From Callorhinchus milii (lineage: Eukaryota): a stretch of 64,000 nucleotides of DNA. The notes below the pieces were generated by a model that made no database searches, was not told the origin of the DNA, and saw nothing but the letters and a program-made list of their open reading frames with translations. Shown piece by piece: positions 52,688 to 64,000 of this stretch. Position 1 is the stretch's first letter; the number at the start of each line of letters is the position of its first letter. The stretch is taken from NCBI RefSeq assembly GCF_018977255.1, contig NW_024704742.1, forward strand, positions 74,836,001-74,900,000, written 5' to 3'. A program made the translations under genes and the position numbers.

Positions 52688-53996
52688 TACACAGGAACAT
52701 AGGAATTTGAAGCAGGAGTAGGCCATTCGGACCCTCGAGCCTGCGCCCCCATTCAATAAGATCATGGCTGATTTTCTAACCTAACTCCATCTGCCTGCCT
52801 TATCCCCATATCCTTTAATCCCTTAGTCTTTTAGAAACCTATCAATCGCAGTCTTGAATATGTTCAAGGACTGATCATCTACTGCCTTCTGGGGTGGAGA
52901 ATTCCATAAATTCACTACCCTCTGAGCGAAGAAGTGTTTCCTCAACTCTATTCGAAAGGGCTGGCCCTTAATCTCAAGACCGTGATCCTTAGTTCTAGAT
53001 TCTCCTAATAGTCTCATACTGTCTACTCTGTCAAGCCCAATAAGAATTTTATATGCTTCTATAAGATCACCCCTAATTCTTCTATATTCTAGAGAATATA
53101 GGCCTAGTTTACTCAACCTATCCTCATAGGTCAACCCCCTCTTATAATAATAATAATAATCCTTGCATTTGATATAACGCTTTTCACTTCGGGAGGACGT
53201 CCCAAAGCACTTCACAGAACAAACTGTAAAGTGTAAAGTGAATTGACTGCATATTTGTGGGCGAACGCGGCAGCCAATTGCGCACAGCAATTCTTCCCAG
53301 GAACTAACCTAGTGAATCTACGCTGCACCCCCTCTAAGGCAAGTATGACCTTTCTTAAATAAGAAGACCAAAACTGCACACAATATTCTAGGTGCCGTCT
53401 TACCAAGGCCCTATACAGTTGCAATAAGACTTTCCTACTCTTGTATTCTAACCCTTTTGCAATAAATGCCAACATGGCATTATCCTAGTTGCTTGCTGTA
53501 CCTGAATACTAACTTTTTGTGACTGGTGTACAAGGACTCCCAAATCCCTCTGAACACTAACTAGTCTCTCCCCCTCTAGAAAATAATCTGCTTTTCTGTT
53601 TTTACTACCTAGGTGAATAATTTCACATTTCCCCATATTATATTCCATCTGCCACCTTCTTGCCCATTCACCTAGCCTATCTACAATCCCTTTGCAATCT
53701 TTTTGTATGATCCTCAGAGCTTACTCTCCCACCCAGCTTTGTATCATCCACAAAATTAGATATCTTAAGTTTTATGTCCTCGTCTAGATTATTGATATAG
53801 ATTGTAAATAGTTGAGGCCCAAGCACTGATCCTTGTGGCACTCCACTAGTCACATCCCAACAATCTGAGAAGGACCAGTTTATCCCTACTCTCTGTTTTC
53901 TTCCCGTTAACCACTATTCAATCCATGCTAATATATTGCCTTTAATTCCATGGGCCCTAATCTTGTGTAGCAGCCTTTTATGTGGCACCTTGTCCA
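52688..53996 (-). mobile_element. CR1 3' fragment containing a SINE tail (53144-53291)
   Basis: GVPQGSVLGPQLF, NFVDDTK, EYCVQFWS motifs; same subfamily as 7379-8300; SINE insert flanked by TCTT. Confidence 0.95.
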
Positions 53997-54167
53997 ATAG
54001 CCCAATCTGGAGACAACAGCTGATCACCACCCACTTGTCTGACTGACAGGTGACCTGGCTGTCCCCCCTCCCTCATTTAATCCTGTTTTGGGGGCTATTT
54101 TATTGGGTCCTAGTTTAAAGCTTCTATTTCCAATGATTAAGTATCATTGGTGTTTATGACTGGAAAG

Positions 54168-54375
54168 AGATACTTATTGGGTACCCAGACACTTAGACCC
54201 TAGCATTGGGAATCACAGATACTTGGTTCCTGGTACTGGGTGAGGGGGCAGAGACAGGTTACAGATACCTAAACCTCTGTATTGGGGACCCAGACACTCA
54301 CATCCCAGCAATGGGGGTTTCAGATACCCTGATCCCACCATTGAGGGACCTCGACACTTAATTCCCAGTATTAGT
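54168..54375. repeat. Degenerate ~30-bp minisatellite
   Basis: About 6-7 units resembling cagacacttanatcccagcattggggacc. Confidence 0.7.
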
Positions 54376-54624
54376 CATTCCAGTAACCCAACCCCTTGCA
54401 CTGGCATTCTGAGAAACCCGCTCCCAATATTGGGGAAAATACTAAATTTAAATACAAAATATAAAGTCTGTCTACTACACTTCTCCCCACTGGTAACATC
54501 AAAGCAAGGAAAACCAGAATCAGATTTAGAATATATTATTGTCTGGAGTTCTGAAATATGGGACTTAATCCTCATTTTGAGTTGCTGGAATTTATCCCGC
54601 AACATAAAGAGTAGAAATAAATAC

Positions 54625-54712
54625 CTTCACGATCATGTTGTTTAGTTCAATGCCAATGCAATTCCTCGGGCCATTCCCAAAACAACATAGAACATTTTCT
54701 TGTCCGGCATTT
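54625..54712 (-). CDS. cyp16a1: Cytochrome P450 (CYP16-like), penultimate coding exon carrying the heme-ligand cysteine
   Basis: Minus strand: acceptor gttttgttttccag, then an 88-nt exon (1 nt + NAGQENVLCCFGNGPRNCIGIELNNMIVK), then donor AAG|gtattt. Contains the P450 signature FxxGxRxCxG. Family assignment is from recalled similarity to fish CYP16 proteins and has not been searched. Confidence 0.9.
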
Positions 54713-54899
54713 CTGGAAAACAAAACCATTTTGATTATTACAGCTTTTTGCAGTATACTTTCACTTTTCACATAAAACCACATATTTTAGATATAAAACT
54801 ATAGACAGAAAACCACATATTAAACAGTCCCATTCGGAGTCCAATGTTGTATTTATTTCTCCGTTGCTAATTTGGTTGAATTTAAAGAGTATTTTTCTT

Positions 54900-55440
54900 G
54901 TTTATAATAATCTTTGCATTTGATATTGAGCCTTTCACATTGGAGGATGTCTCAAAGTGCTTCATAAGATTAACTTCATTATTTATGATTATATTTTGAG
55001 GCGAACACAGCAGCCAATTTGCACACAGCAGTGTCCCACAAACAGCCATGGAATGATTAACCAATTTTATTTGGGGGATTGTTGGCCAGGACCCTGGGAC
55101 AATCCCCCTTCTCTTTTTGAATAGTGCCAAGGAATCTGACAACAACAACAACAGTTTGATTTATATAGCGGTTATATCAGGATAGTGTCTCAGAGCGCTT
55201 AAAAGTGGCAGAGCTTGACGCCAAGTCAGGGAGAGAAGGGAGGTGACCTTAGGCTGCACAGGCAGGAGGGAATTCAGTTTAATGCAGGATCCGAAGGCTG
55301 CTACCTCCGACATTGCAGCACTCCTCCAACACTGCATTAGAGTGTCAGCTGAGACTGTGTTCAAAATCCCAAAGTGTGGCTTGAACCCACAATCTTCTGA
55401 CTCAGAGATGAGGGTGCATCTAACTGAACAAGGCTGACAC
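54900..55440 (-). mobile_element. Old DeuSINE (SacSINE1-like) interrupted by an L2-type tail (~55139-55260)
   Basis: Tail, central ctttttgaatagtgcca segment and head ttgaacccacaatcttctgactcaga…aaggctgacac. Confidence 0.8.
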
Positions 55441-56173
55441 CCGTTAGTCAACAAACGTATCTGCATTAAAAAGAATCATTGTATTAGAATACTTTACATT
55501 ACTTGAATTTAATTTCAAATTTAAATCGCATAGAGGCAACAATCGATAATAATTGATGTACCAAAGGCTTTATGCTATTTTTATATTGTGGTTCTGGAAA
55601 CTTAAGTCTGGAGTGAAAGCAGAGCTTGTATAACACAACCTCTTCAGGCAAACGATATTCCACGTCCACGTGAAAATCTTCATATCATTGTCCAAATGAT
55701 ATCAGACTATTTTTCCAATTCCCCAAAATACACCTATTGGTGGTTTGCATATATGTGAATATCTATACATGACTGCAATGCTCTCACGATAATGTTAAGG
55801 CATCTGCACAAAAACAAATGGTTATTGGGCTCACTTGTCCTGCAACTTGTCACCAGAGTCTCCATCTATAGACGTGTCTTCTGTAGGTAGAGACAATCAT
55901 TATCTCTATTGTCAGATCTGCATTTGAGCAATTCTGAACTCAGGAAAACCAGCCATTCCAAATCCACAAGTATCCTTCAGCATCTCACCCAGGTGATCTT
56001 TCTGAAGTATGACAGGAAGTGCCTGCAGGCTCTATTGCACTTTAGACAGCACCCTGTCATTACCCAACTTCCATCCACACAAAGCGTTTCAATAGAAATC
56101 ACTAAGTAGGATCAGGAGTGGAGTGTACCTTGTACTTGCCCCATCAAGTTTAATCCTTGTAGGATTAATCCTT

Positions 56174-56490
56174 GTGGAGTCCTGTAGCTCAGTGGTTAGA
56201 GCACTCGCTTTGGAAGCGAGAGACCCGAGTTCAATTCCAGACAGGGCGAAACCTTGGGCAAGTTTCCTTACTCCACACGCCTAATAATAATCCCTCCAAA
56301 AAACAAAACAATAATAAATTGGTCATTTTCAATCAACAACTGTTTGTGGGACATTGCTGTGCTACCGCGTTCGCCCACAAATATACAGTCAATTCACTTT
56401 ACAGTGTGTTCTGTGAAGCGCTTTGGGACGTCCTCCCGAAGTGAAAAGCGCTACATCAAATGCAAGGATTATTATTATTATTATTATTAT
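56174..56490 (+). mobile_element. Full-length young SINE
   Basis: A box TAGCTCAGTGG, B box GTTCAATTCC, stem-loop tail and (ATT)n; followed by an L2 fragment to about 56670. Confidence 0.95.
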
Positions 56491-58232
56491 CCAGCCCTGC
56501 ATGTCCCCGCTCTGCCTGCTCCACTATCGGCAGTCGGGCGTTCCACCTTTCTGCCCCCACCCTCAGGAACTCCACCCTTCCGCCTGGCCCCCTCCCTTGC
56601 TCTCTTCAAAGTCCATCTCAAGACCTGCCTTCTTGAACGTGCCTTTGGTCACCTTCCCTCCTCCACCAACCTTCCTGTGGGACCTTCCTGGTGTGTTTGG
56701 TTCAATGTACACGCCGAGTGTGCACACATTGAGCCATCAAGGCTGCATCACTCTGCTTTTAGAAAACATAATTCACAGATCTGTAATTTTAGCATTACAG
56801 AAGTATCATATTTCAGAATAAAACTACATAAAATCAGAGTAAAAGCACATAATGTAATTGTAACATGGAAACAATGCAAGTATAAATGGCAGGAGTGGAG
56901 CTGAGGTAAAAAAAAACTTTTCAGACTAGGAAATCCACCAGTTTGGCTACAAAGATCAAGCTGATTTTATCTGTGAAAAGGAGCAGTGACCCTATTAGAA
57001 TGTGGCCAGTTGTATACCAGCCAGCAGAAAATCGAGGTCATAACAATTACACTAGGACTAAAATCAGCAGAAAATAAACAGCTGAACACAACATATAGAG
57101 AAACCCTACCGTAAAACTATGCCCTCATCTATCAAAATAATTTAATTTATAAATTTCAGTCTAACGTTTTCATATCAATCACATTTGCACAAGTTAAATG
57201 CTGTTTTAAATCCCCTTCTGCCACTGGCAACACAAGGAAGAAGACAGCATGAGGTAATATTGTCTTTGATTCTCTAATGAACCAGACAGGAGCTCTTTAA
57301 AGAGCCTGGCATTACTCTACTGATTGTCTGCTGAGCACATCTGATTCAATCTAAGATCGAGCACATCACAGTCAACAAGAGTAACACACTACACAGTGGA
57401 GAGGAAATTAAGCGACTTGATTTTGTATTTTGAGTAATAGGTGCTAATTGTATCCTGTGGCCTGGTATCTCCCATTAATCAGCAGGAAGGAAGTGAATGA
57501 TTAGCCTCGATCTAGTCTCATAGTGTATGATTGGGCTTTCAGATTGTCCAGTTTAATTCTCAAACAAAGGCTAATGACGGGCAATGTGACTGATACTGTT
57601 CTGTGGATGACATGTGCTGAATGATTTGTTTCATTTGCTACAAATGCCCCTTCCATCCTGTACTCTTCCTGGGATTGCAAGTCATTGAACAAGTCCCCTC
57701 TGTTCTCCGTTCTGAACAAATTGTACATGGTATAAACAGGAATAACGATTAAGATTTATGCTTAAGGATATATTTTCATGGGATGGTTCCAAAAGCATTT
57801 GAGATTGATAAAATTGAGCTACAGCACAAAAATAAACAATCTTTGCAGCTTTCAGAAGCTATCCAGAATCTCAGTTAAATCAGAATAAACAGCACTGTGG
57901 ACAACATAATCTAGTTATAACATTTTTAAAAAACAATAAATGTTAGGAGTGCAGCTGAGGTAAGAGAAACATATTCAGAATAGGAAACAATAATAGCTAA
58001 GATCTAACTCCAAAGGAATATAATCAGAAATTTGGAAAATGTACAAAGTGAGAGCTGTATTTTTATAGTTCCTTTTTATGTTCGCTAAATGTAATGACTG
58101 TTTTTTAAGGCAAATCTGATAGTCTTTTGCAGCAGCAAAATCCCACAAACAGCCACCAAATGAATGACCAATTAATTTGGAAGATTGTTGGACAGGACAC
58201 CAGAAAAAACTCTTTTTGTGAATCGTGCCTTT

Positions 58233-58560
58233 ATAATAAATAATAATAATAATAATCCTTGCATTTGATATAGCGCTTTTCACGTCAGGAGGACGTCCCA
58301 AAGCGCTTCACAGAACACACTGTAAAGTGAATTGACTGTATATTTGTGGGCGAACGCGGCAGCCAATTGCGCACAGCAATGTCCCACAAACAGTCGTAGA
58401 TTGAAAATGACCAATTTAATTATTGTTTTTGGTTTTTGGAGGGATTATTATTAGCGTGTGGAGTAAGGAAACTTGCCCAAGGTTTCGCCCTGCCTGGAAT
58501 TGAACTCAGGTCTCTCACTTGCAAAGCGAGTGCTCTAACCACTGAGCTACAGGACTCCAC
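58233..58560 (-). mobile_element. Full-length young SINE nested in an old DeuSINE (~58100-58740)
   Basis: Near identical to 381-705; flanks continue an older SINE body and head. Confidence 0.95.
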
Positions 58561-58944
58561 GAATGGCACTTTGAATCTTTAACGTCCTCTTGAGCAGATG
58601 GGACCTCCGATTTTTAACTGAGGGAAGGTAGCGAAGGCAATGTAACACTTCCCAGTAATACACTGTAGTGTATTTGGGTTGAAGCCACAAACCTCAGGCC
58701 TAGAGATGAGAATACTACTAAAGGAGTCATGCTGACACATAAGGATCTTAAAGAGATGGGTCAAGATTTCAGGTTTCACTCTTTATAAGAACTGAAATGG
58801 TGGGGAACACCTATATACAACACCAATATGTTTAATATTATGAAGTCTCTATGTATAGACTGTTTCCACTTGTTGATGAGTCCATAACAGAACTATAAAA
58901 GGTTTAGGGGAACGTCTTTACACAAACCAGTGTGGGAATGTGGA

Positions 58945-59225
58945 ACTAAACAAACAAATTATATTTGTATAGTGCCTTTCACTTTGGGAGGGCTTCCGAA
59001 GGTGCTGGACAATCAGGGATTTGGAACTGAGCTGGGGGTTGGGGTCAGGAGGGGTGGAGGGCAGGGAGGGTAGGAAGGAGATCCAAATCGTAGTCGAAGA
59101 GCAAGGTCTTGAGATGGTCCTTGAGGGGGGCAATGGAGGGAGTGGGGCAAAGGGACTGTAGGATGCAGTTCCATAGGGTGGAGACAGAAAGGCTGAAGGG
59201 CAAACCGCTGATGGTGGGGTTGGGC
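58945..59225 (-). mobile_element. L2 3' end
   Basis: Tail and ORF2 end. Confidence 0.8.
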
Positions 59226-59935
59226 TGCAGAATAGCTTTTTCGATTTCTGAGTGTGCAGGAGAAATTGCTTAGAATGATTAAACATGAAAAGGCTCCTTA
59301 AGTTGTCATATTAAGTTGTCTTCTCTCAGCTAAATCAGGAAGAGAGAATGAATGTCATATGTCTCCTTACTGATTTTATCTCTGCACACTAGATTATAGG
59401 AGAATATATTAAAAAAAGCAGATTCCAATAGGAATCTAAGCAGCAGCCAGCTGACATCATTGGCCAACAAGTGGTGTTTATTTGAAGGATTTGAAGCTGT
59501 GCACTGAAAAATAATTCACACAATATAGCTTAACGATAAACAGCAGCAATTTTGATAAAATTAGCTATCCCTAACTCTAATAATAATCCTTGCATTCGAC
59601 ATAACAACTTATCATGTTGTCAGGTTTCAAAATGCTTTACAGGATTTTCTGTACAAAGTAGTGTATTTGAAGGCAAATGTCTGCAAGTTAAATAAAATAC
59701 ATAAGTAAGCTGAATAGCATTATAAAATATTGGGATGGGTAAAATGGTAGTCCAGTACTCATCAAGTTCAATGCTGAGCTGCAACAAACAGACAAAAACA
59801 TTTTACTATATAGTATTGTATTACCTTCCCAATGAGCAGTATTTCAATATTCAATCATTTCATAGCATTGCAGTAAAATTTTATCGTGAAAGGATACTGA
59901 CATTCCAATATGGTTTGCAATACTGTAGTAGTAAT

Positions 59936-61085
59936 ATCTTTCTCTATCTCTCTGCCTCCACCCTCAACTCCAGGACCACTGCTGTCCTGACAGACTGTCT
60001 GTTGAACATCAAGTCCTGGATGAGGGCAAATTTCCTACAGTTGAATGTGAACGAGACTGAGGCCTTCCTGATTGGCACCTCAGGCTCTGGCAGCATCAAC
60101 CTCCATGGTTACACACTTCAGCTCACCAAGCCAGTCAGGAACCCAGGTGTCTTGTTGACTCACTCTGCCTTCCCTCACCTCCGTAAAATCACCTGACACC
60201 GCCACTACCTCAGCCCTCAGGCCGCTGAAACTCTTGTTCACTCCTTCATCACCTCCAGGCTCGACTATGAAAACCCCCTGCTTGTCGGCCTTCCCAACTC
60301 CTCCCTCCACAGGCTGCAGATAATCCAGAACTCTGCAGCCCGTGTCCTCTCCCGCACCAAACTCTGTGACCCCATCTCCCCCATTCTTACCCGACTCCAT
60401 TGGAGGATCCAGTTCAAGATCCTGGTCCTTACTTACAAAGCCCTCCATGGCCTCGCCCCACCCTACCTCTGCGACCTCCTACCAACCCACCTGCTCCTTC
60501 CGCTCAACCGGCTCTGGTCTGCTCCAGGTGTCCTGACCCATCCGCCCCACCATTGGCAGGAGAGCCTTCAGCCACTCTGCCCCCAACCTCTGGAATTCCA
60601 TCCCCCAATCACTCTGCCTCGCCCCCTCCTTAGCCTGCTTTAAGTCCCGCCTCAAAACCTTCCTCTTTGACCATGCCATCAGTCAACCCCCTTCCCCAAC
60701 CTTCTTCCTGACCCCAGCTCGGGTCTGAAATGCTGTACACTATCCAGCTCCTTGGGACGTCCTCTCGACGTGAAAGGCGCTATACAAATGTAATCTTGTT
60801 GTTGTAATAATAATAACGGTAAATATATTTGCAGTCAGCATTTAGTTCAGGGATGAATTAGGGACTGGACATCCAGCACTTCCATATCACTGTGTATTAA
60901 TTGTGACTTCTAGAACACTTTGATATCCACAAGAACAGCAACAACAAAATTACATTTATAGAGCACCTTTCATGTTAGGAGGACGTCCCAAAGCCCTGAA
61001 CAGTCAGGTGTCATGGCCCGAGCATGGAGGAGGAGTGGTGTAGGGGTGAGGGAAGGCAGAGAGGTGGGAGGGTGACCAAAGGCAC
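59936..61085. mobile_element. L2 fragment (+, 59936-60805) and L2 3' end (-, ~60933-61085)
   Basis: NIKSWMRANFLQLNVNETE and AAETLVHSFITSRLDY motifs; two tails. Confidence 0.9.
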
Positions 61086-62199
61086 TCTGGTGATAGTGGG
61101 GTTGAACTTGCAATACTTTGTTTGCAAACCTCAATGCACCAGGCAAATTACAGTTTAGGAATGAAATGCAAAATTCACTATGAAAGAAACGTAGAAAATC
61201 CTGATCCTAAGGTCTGCAAAGTGCTGGTATTTCGGTCTCCAGCTTTCTGTCAAACTTCCAGCCCGGAAACAACCTGAAAGCAAAAGCCAGTTGCCACACA
61301 AACAGTGAGTGCAACCCAGATGGCTAGGATGATTCAGGTAGTAAAATTCTTAACCTGTACAATGCTGTGAGTGAGTTCACTAATCTGCTGCTACCTGTCT
61401 CAAACAGTCTCAATAAGCTGATTTATTTGTGCACTCTATTTTGGTAATTTAGATTTGAAAATCACATCAAGGTGAAGTCAACATTCACATCACATTGATA
61501 TCTTGTTACTTCTATATAGTGAAGCAAAGCCAATGGTCAATCTTTCACCTACATGCTGCCTGCAAAACTAGTCTGATTTCACACAAAAGAAAAACATTTG
61601 GAAAACAATCTTGCCCCTGCCTCCCAAAAATGGATAGTGGAAGCTGAGAGACAAATATAAGATTTGAACATTAAAATCATAAAGGTTCAAATGAGTACAA
61701 AAGAGTAGAAAATAGTAAAATAGTTAATATAAAATGAGAACCGCCAAAACTGAAAAGAAAATAGAAACAAAGTGATAGAAGGACAAAGACAGTTAAAAGT
61801 TTTTAAAATGTTTATTTACCATCATGAAACATTGGTATATGTCTTGGAGGATATACTTCCATCCTCCTCAAGGTGCGACAGGTTTGAAGATGTATGGATA
61901 TCTTCAAGGCTCATTGATAAACCAGATAAGCTAGATGACAATCAGGAATTCAATGAAGGACTGCAGATGTCTGGCTCTTTGAAAACATGTCTCCTCAGAA
62001 CTAGTTTAACCCAGGAAAAACCCACTTACTTCCCCCTGCAAGTGGGATATTTCTGGATGTCACGCTTATTTCATCATCCTTGGGATTTGAACCCTCTGGA
62101 CCCAAGTCTGAGATTTGGACATTTTCTTTTATTTGATTTAGTCAAATATTTTGGAAATGCATCTTAGTGATTGATTAGGTTTGTTAATAAAATGATTTG

Positions 62200-63780
62200 G
62201 GCATTTGACATGGCATCTTATTATGCTAAAACATCTCAAAGTGCTTCAGAGATTTCTGTAAAGTGTTGGGACTGTATTAGTCAGTTAAGGTATCAGGTAC
62301 TTCACACACAGCATTGTCCCACAAACAACCATCAAGCAAATTACTTTGTTTAAACAGACCAGAACACTTTCAGAAACCCCCTTCTCTTTTCGAAAAATAC
62401 CATGGAATCTTTAAAAACTGAATAGGTAAACGGGACCTCGATTTAAAGTCTCACCTGAAGGATGACTCCTCTGACAATGCAATGCTCTCCCCAGCCTAGA
62501 CTGTGAACTCAAAGTTCAGACATGACTGCAACTATTGTACGTTGAAAGGAAGTTAAAGAATCCTGACACTTTACAGCAGAAAGCTGAACATGCTTCTGCC
62601 AGCTCTCGATAAGAACAATCCATTTAACTTTTGTTTACTAATCTTTATGCATTTTTCTTTTCCAAATACTTTTTAATTCCCTTTTAAAAACTATTATGGA
62701 TTCTCCTTAAATCACCATTTTTGGTGAGAAATTCCTACCAATCCTAAAACAACAGCAACAACAAACTGCATCAAATGCAAGGATTATTATTATTATTTAT
62801 ATAGCACCTTTCACATAGGGAGGACTTCCCAATGCCCTGGAATCTTTCTAACCATTCTCTTTGGAGCTTTTTGGGAAGTTATGTCATCTTGTTACCAACT
62901 CACAAATAGTGGAAATAAAGTAGTTGTTCTCTAGTTTAAAACCATCAATAATTTTGAACACGTTTATAAGGTTTTTTTCAACTCTGTAAAACAGTCTCAG
63001 TCTCTCTGGTTCCCTACTCATAAGTCTTTCTTTCTTGGTATCACCCCAATAAATGACTCCCTAGCTTTGACAACTTTCCTAAAGTGGGGCTCCTGGACAC
63101 AGTACTCCACCTGCAGCCTAACCAACGACTTGCACCGATTTAGCATTACTTTTGTTTGTATTCTATGCCTCTATTTCTGAAACTTAGCATCCAATTAGCT
63201 TTTTTTTAAAAAAACAGTTTTGTTAACTTACCCTCCCACTTTTAAAAATTTGTCTATGTTAACCCACGGAGCACTCTATCACTCCTTGTAAGATTTCATC
63301 CTTTTGTATACATTTGCTCTCAATCTTCTTCCCAAAATGTGCTACCTCACAGTTTTCTGCATTAAATGTCATCTGTCTTCCCAATTCACTAATCTCTCTA
63401 TTCTCCTGAAGTCACTTACAGGCCTCATCGCAGTTAGCCACACTCCCATAAAGCCGGAATGATGAATGATCACACTTAACATCTACTGATAATGATAAAC
63501 CTTAATTATTGTGCTCCTGTTTATTGCTTTGTGTTCTAATAAATATTACCTGAAATTGAATTAAATTAAATAATAATAATCCTTGCATTTGAAATAGTGT
63601 CTTATCATGTTGTTAAACATCTCAGAGTGCTTTGCAGGAGTTATTATAAGATGTATTGACTGCGTATTTGTAGGCGATCATGGTAACCAATTTGCACACA
63701 ACAATGTGCTGCAAACATCCATTAAATGAATGACCAATTTTATAAAGGGGATTGTTGCTCAATACAATAATCCTGGCCAA
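62200..63780 (-). mobile_element. Old DeuSINE (~62200-62510), old CR1 3' part (~62640-63450) and SINE fragment (~63570-63780)
   Basis: SINE body motifs; CR1 remnants QVEYCVQEPHFRK and FNAENCEVAHFGKK on the minus strand. Confidence 0.7.
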
Positions 63781-64000
63781 ACCTTGCCCAGTAGTGGATT
63801 TCTTTGGCATTCCTTGCCCACCTGCTTAAGGGGTCCTTATCTGTCAACATGCATCACATTTGGATAATTGATTTTCAATGTTTGAGGAATTTTCTATTGA
63901 AATGACATATGCACTTCACATACAGTGGGGATTTTACTTTCCATACAAAGCACACAGGTACTACACTTCTCATTAAATCAGTATGAGATGTGCTTCTCAT

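Noticed and set aside
54652..54681. FGNGPRNCIG looks like the CYP3A heme motif
   Set aside because: The flanks lack the CYP3 YxPFG and MRFAL context, and the next exon (YKWLPVSRP) fits CYP16-like proteins better.
54592..54783. ORF-track 63-aa protein containing the heme motif
   Set aside because: It is the exon plus intronic read-through; the real boundaries are the AG/GT sites at 54712 and 54625.
56174..56245. tRNA gene
   Set aside because: No acceptor stem, and it runs directly into a SINE body present in many copies.
61772..62167. 131-aa plus-strand ORF in unique sequence
   Set aside because: GTG start, no recognisable domain, and it lies antisense within the presumed P450 intron.
54713..64000. 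Upstream P450 exons (HRDP, PERW, ExxR motifs)
   Set aside because: Searched by eye on the minus strand without a match; they probably lie beyond the window, though a short exon could have been missed.

Overview
AT-rich, repeat-dense vertebrate genomic DNA. The repeat set (tRNA-headed DeuSINE-type SINEs with L2-like tails, many L2 and CR1 LINE fragments) points to a cartilaginous fish, possibly the holocephalan Callorhinchus milii; this is inferred from memory, not searched. The only host protein-coding sequence I can support is the last two coding exons of a minus-strand cytochrome P450: the heme-binding exon at 54625-54712 (FGNGPRNCIG) and the terminal exon at 46313-46453 (…YKWLPVSRP…stop). 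They splice in frame across an 8.2-kb intron and best resemble the orphan CYP16 family. I did not find the upstream exons, which probably lie beyond 64000. Almost every listed ORF is a by-product of retrotransposon fragments or microsatellites. Points worth following up: a three-copy degenerate palindromic element with piggyBac-like ends, a three-copy unclassified ~580-bp repeat, two short locally templated duplications, a covarying 3' stem-loop shared by four retroposon families, and inverted SINEs around the heme exon. I found no convincing evidence of a wholly new biological system. Repeat boundaries are approximate and were read by eye.
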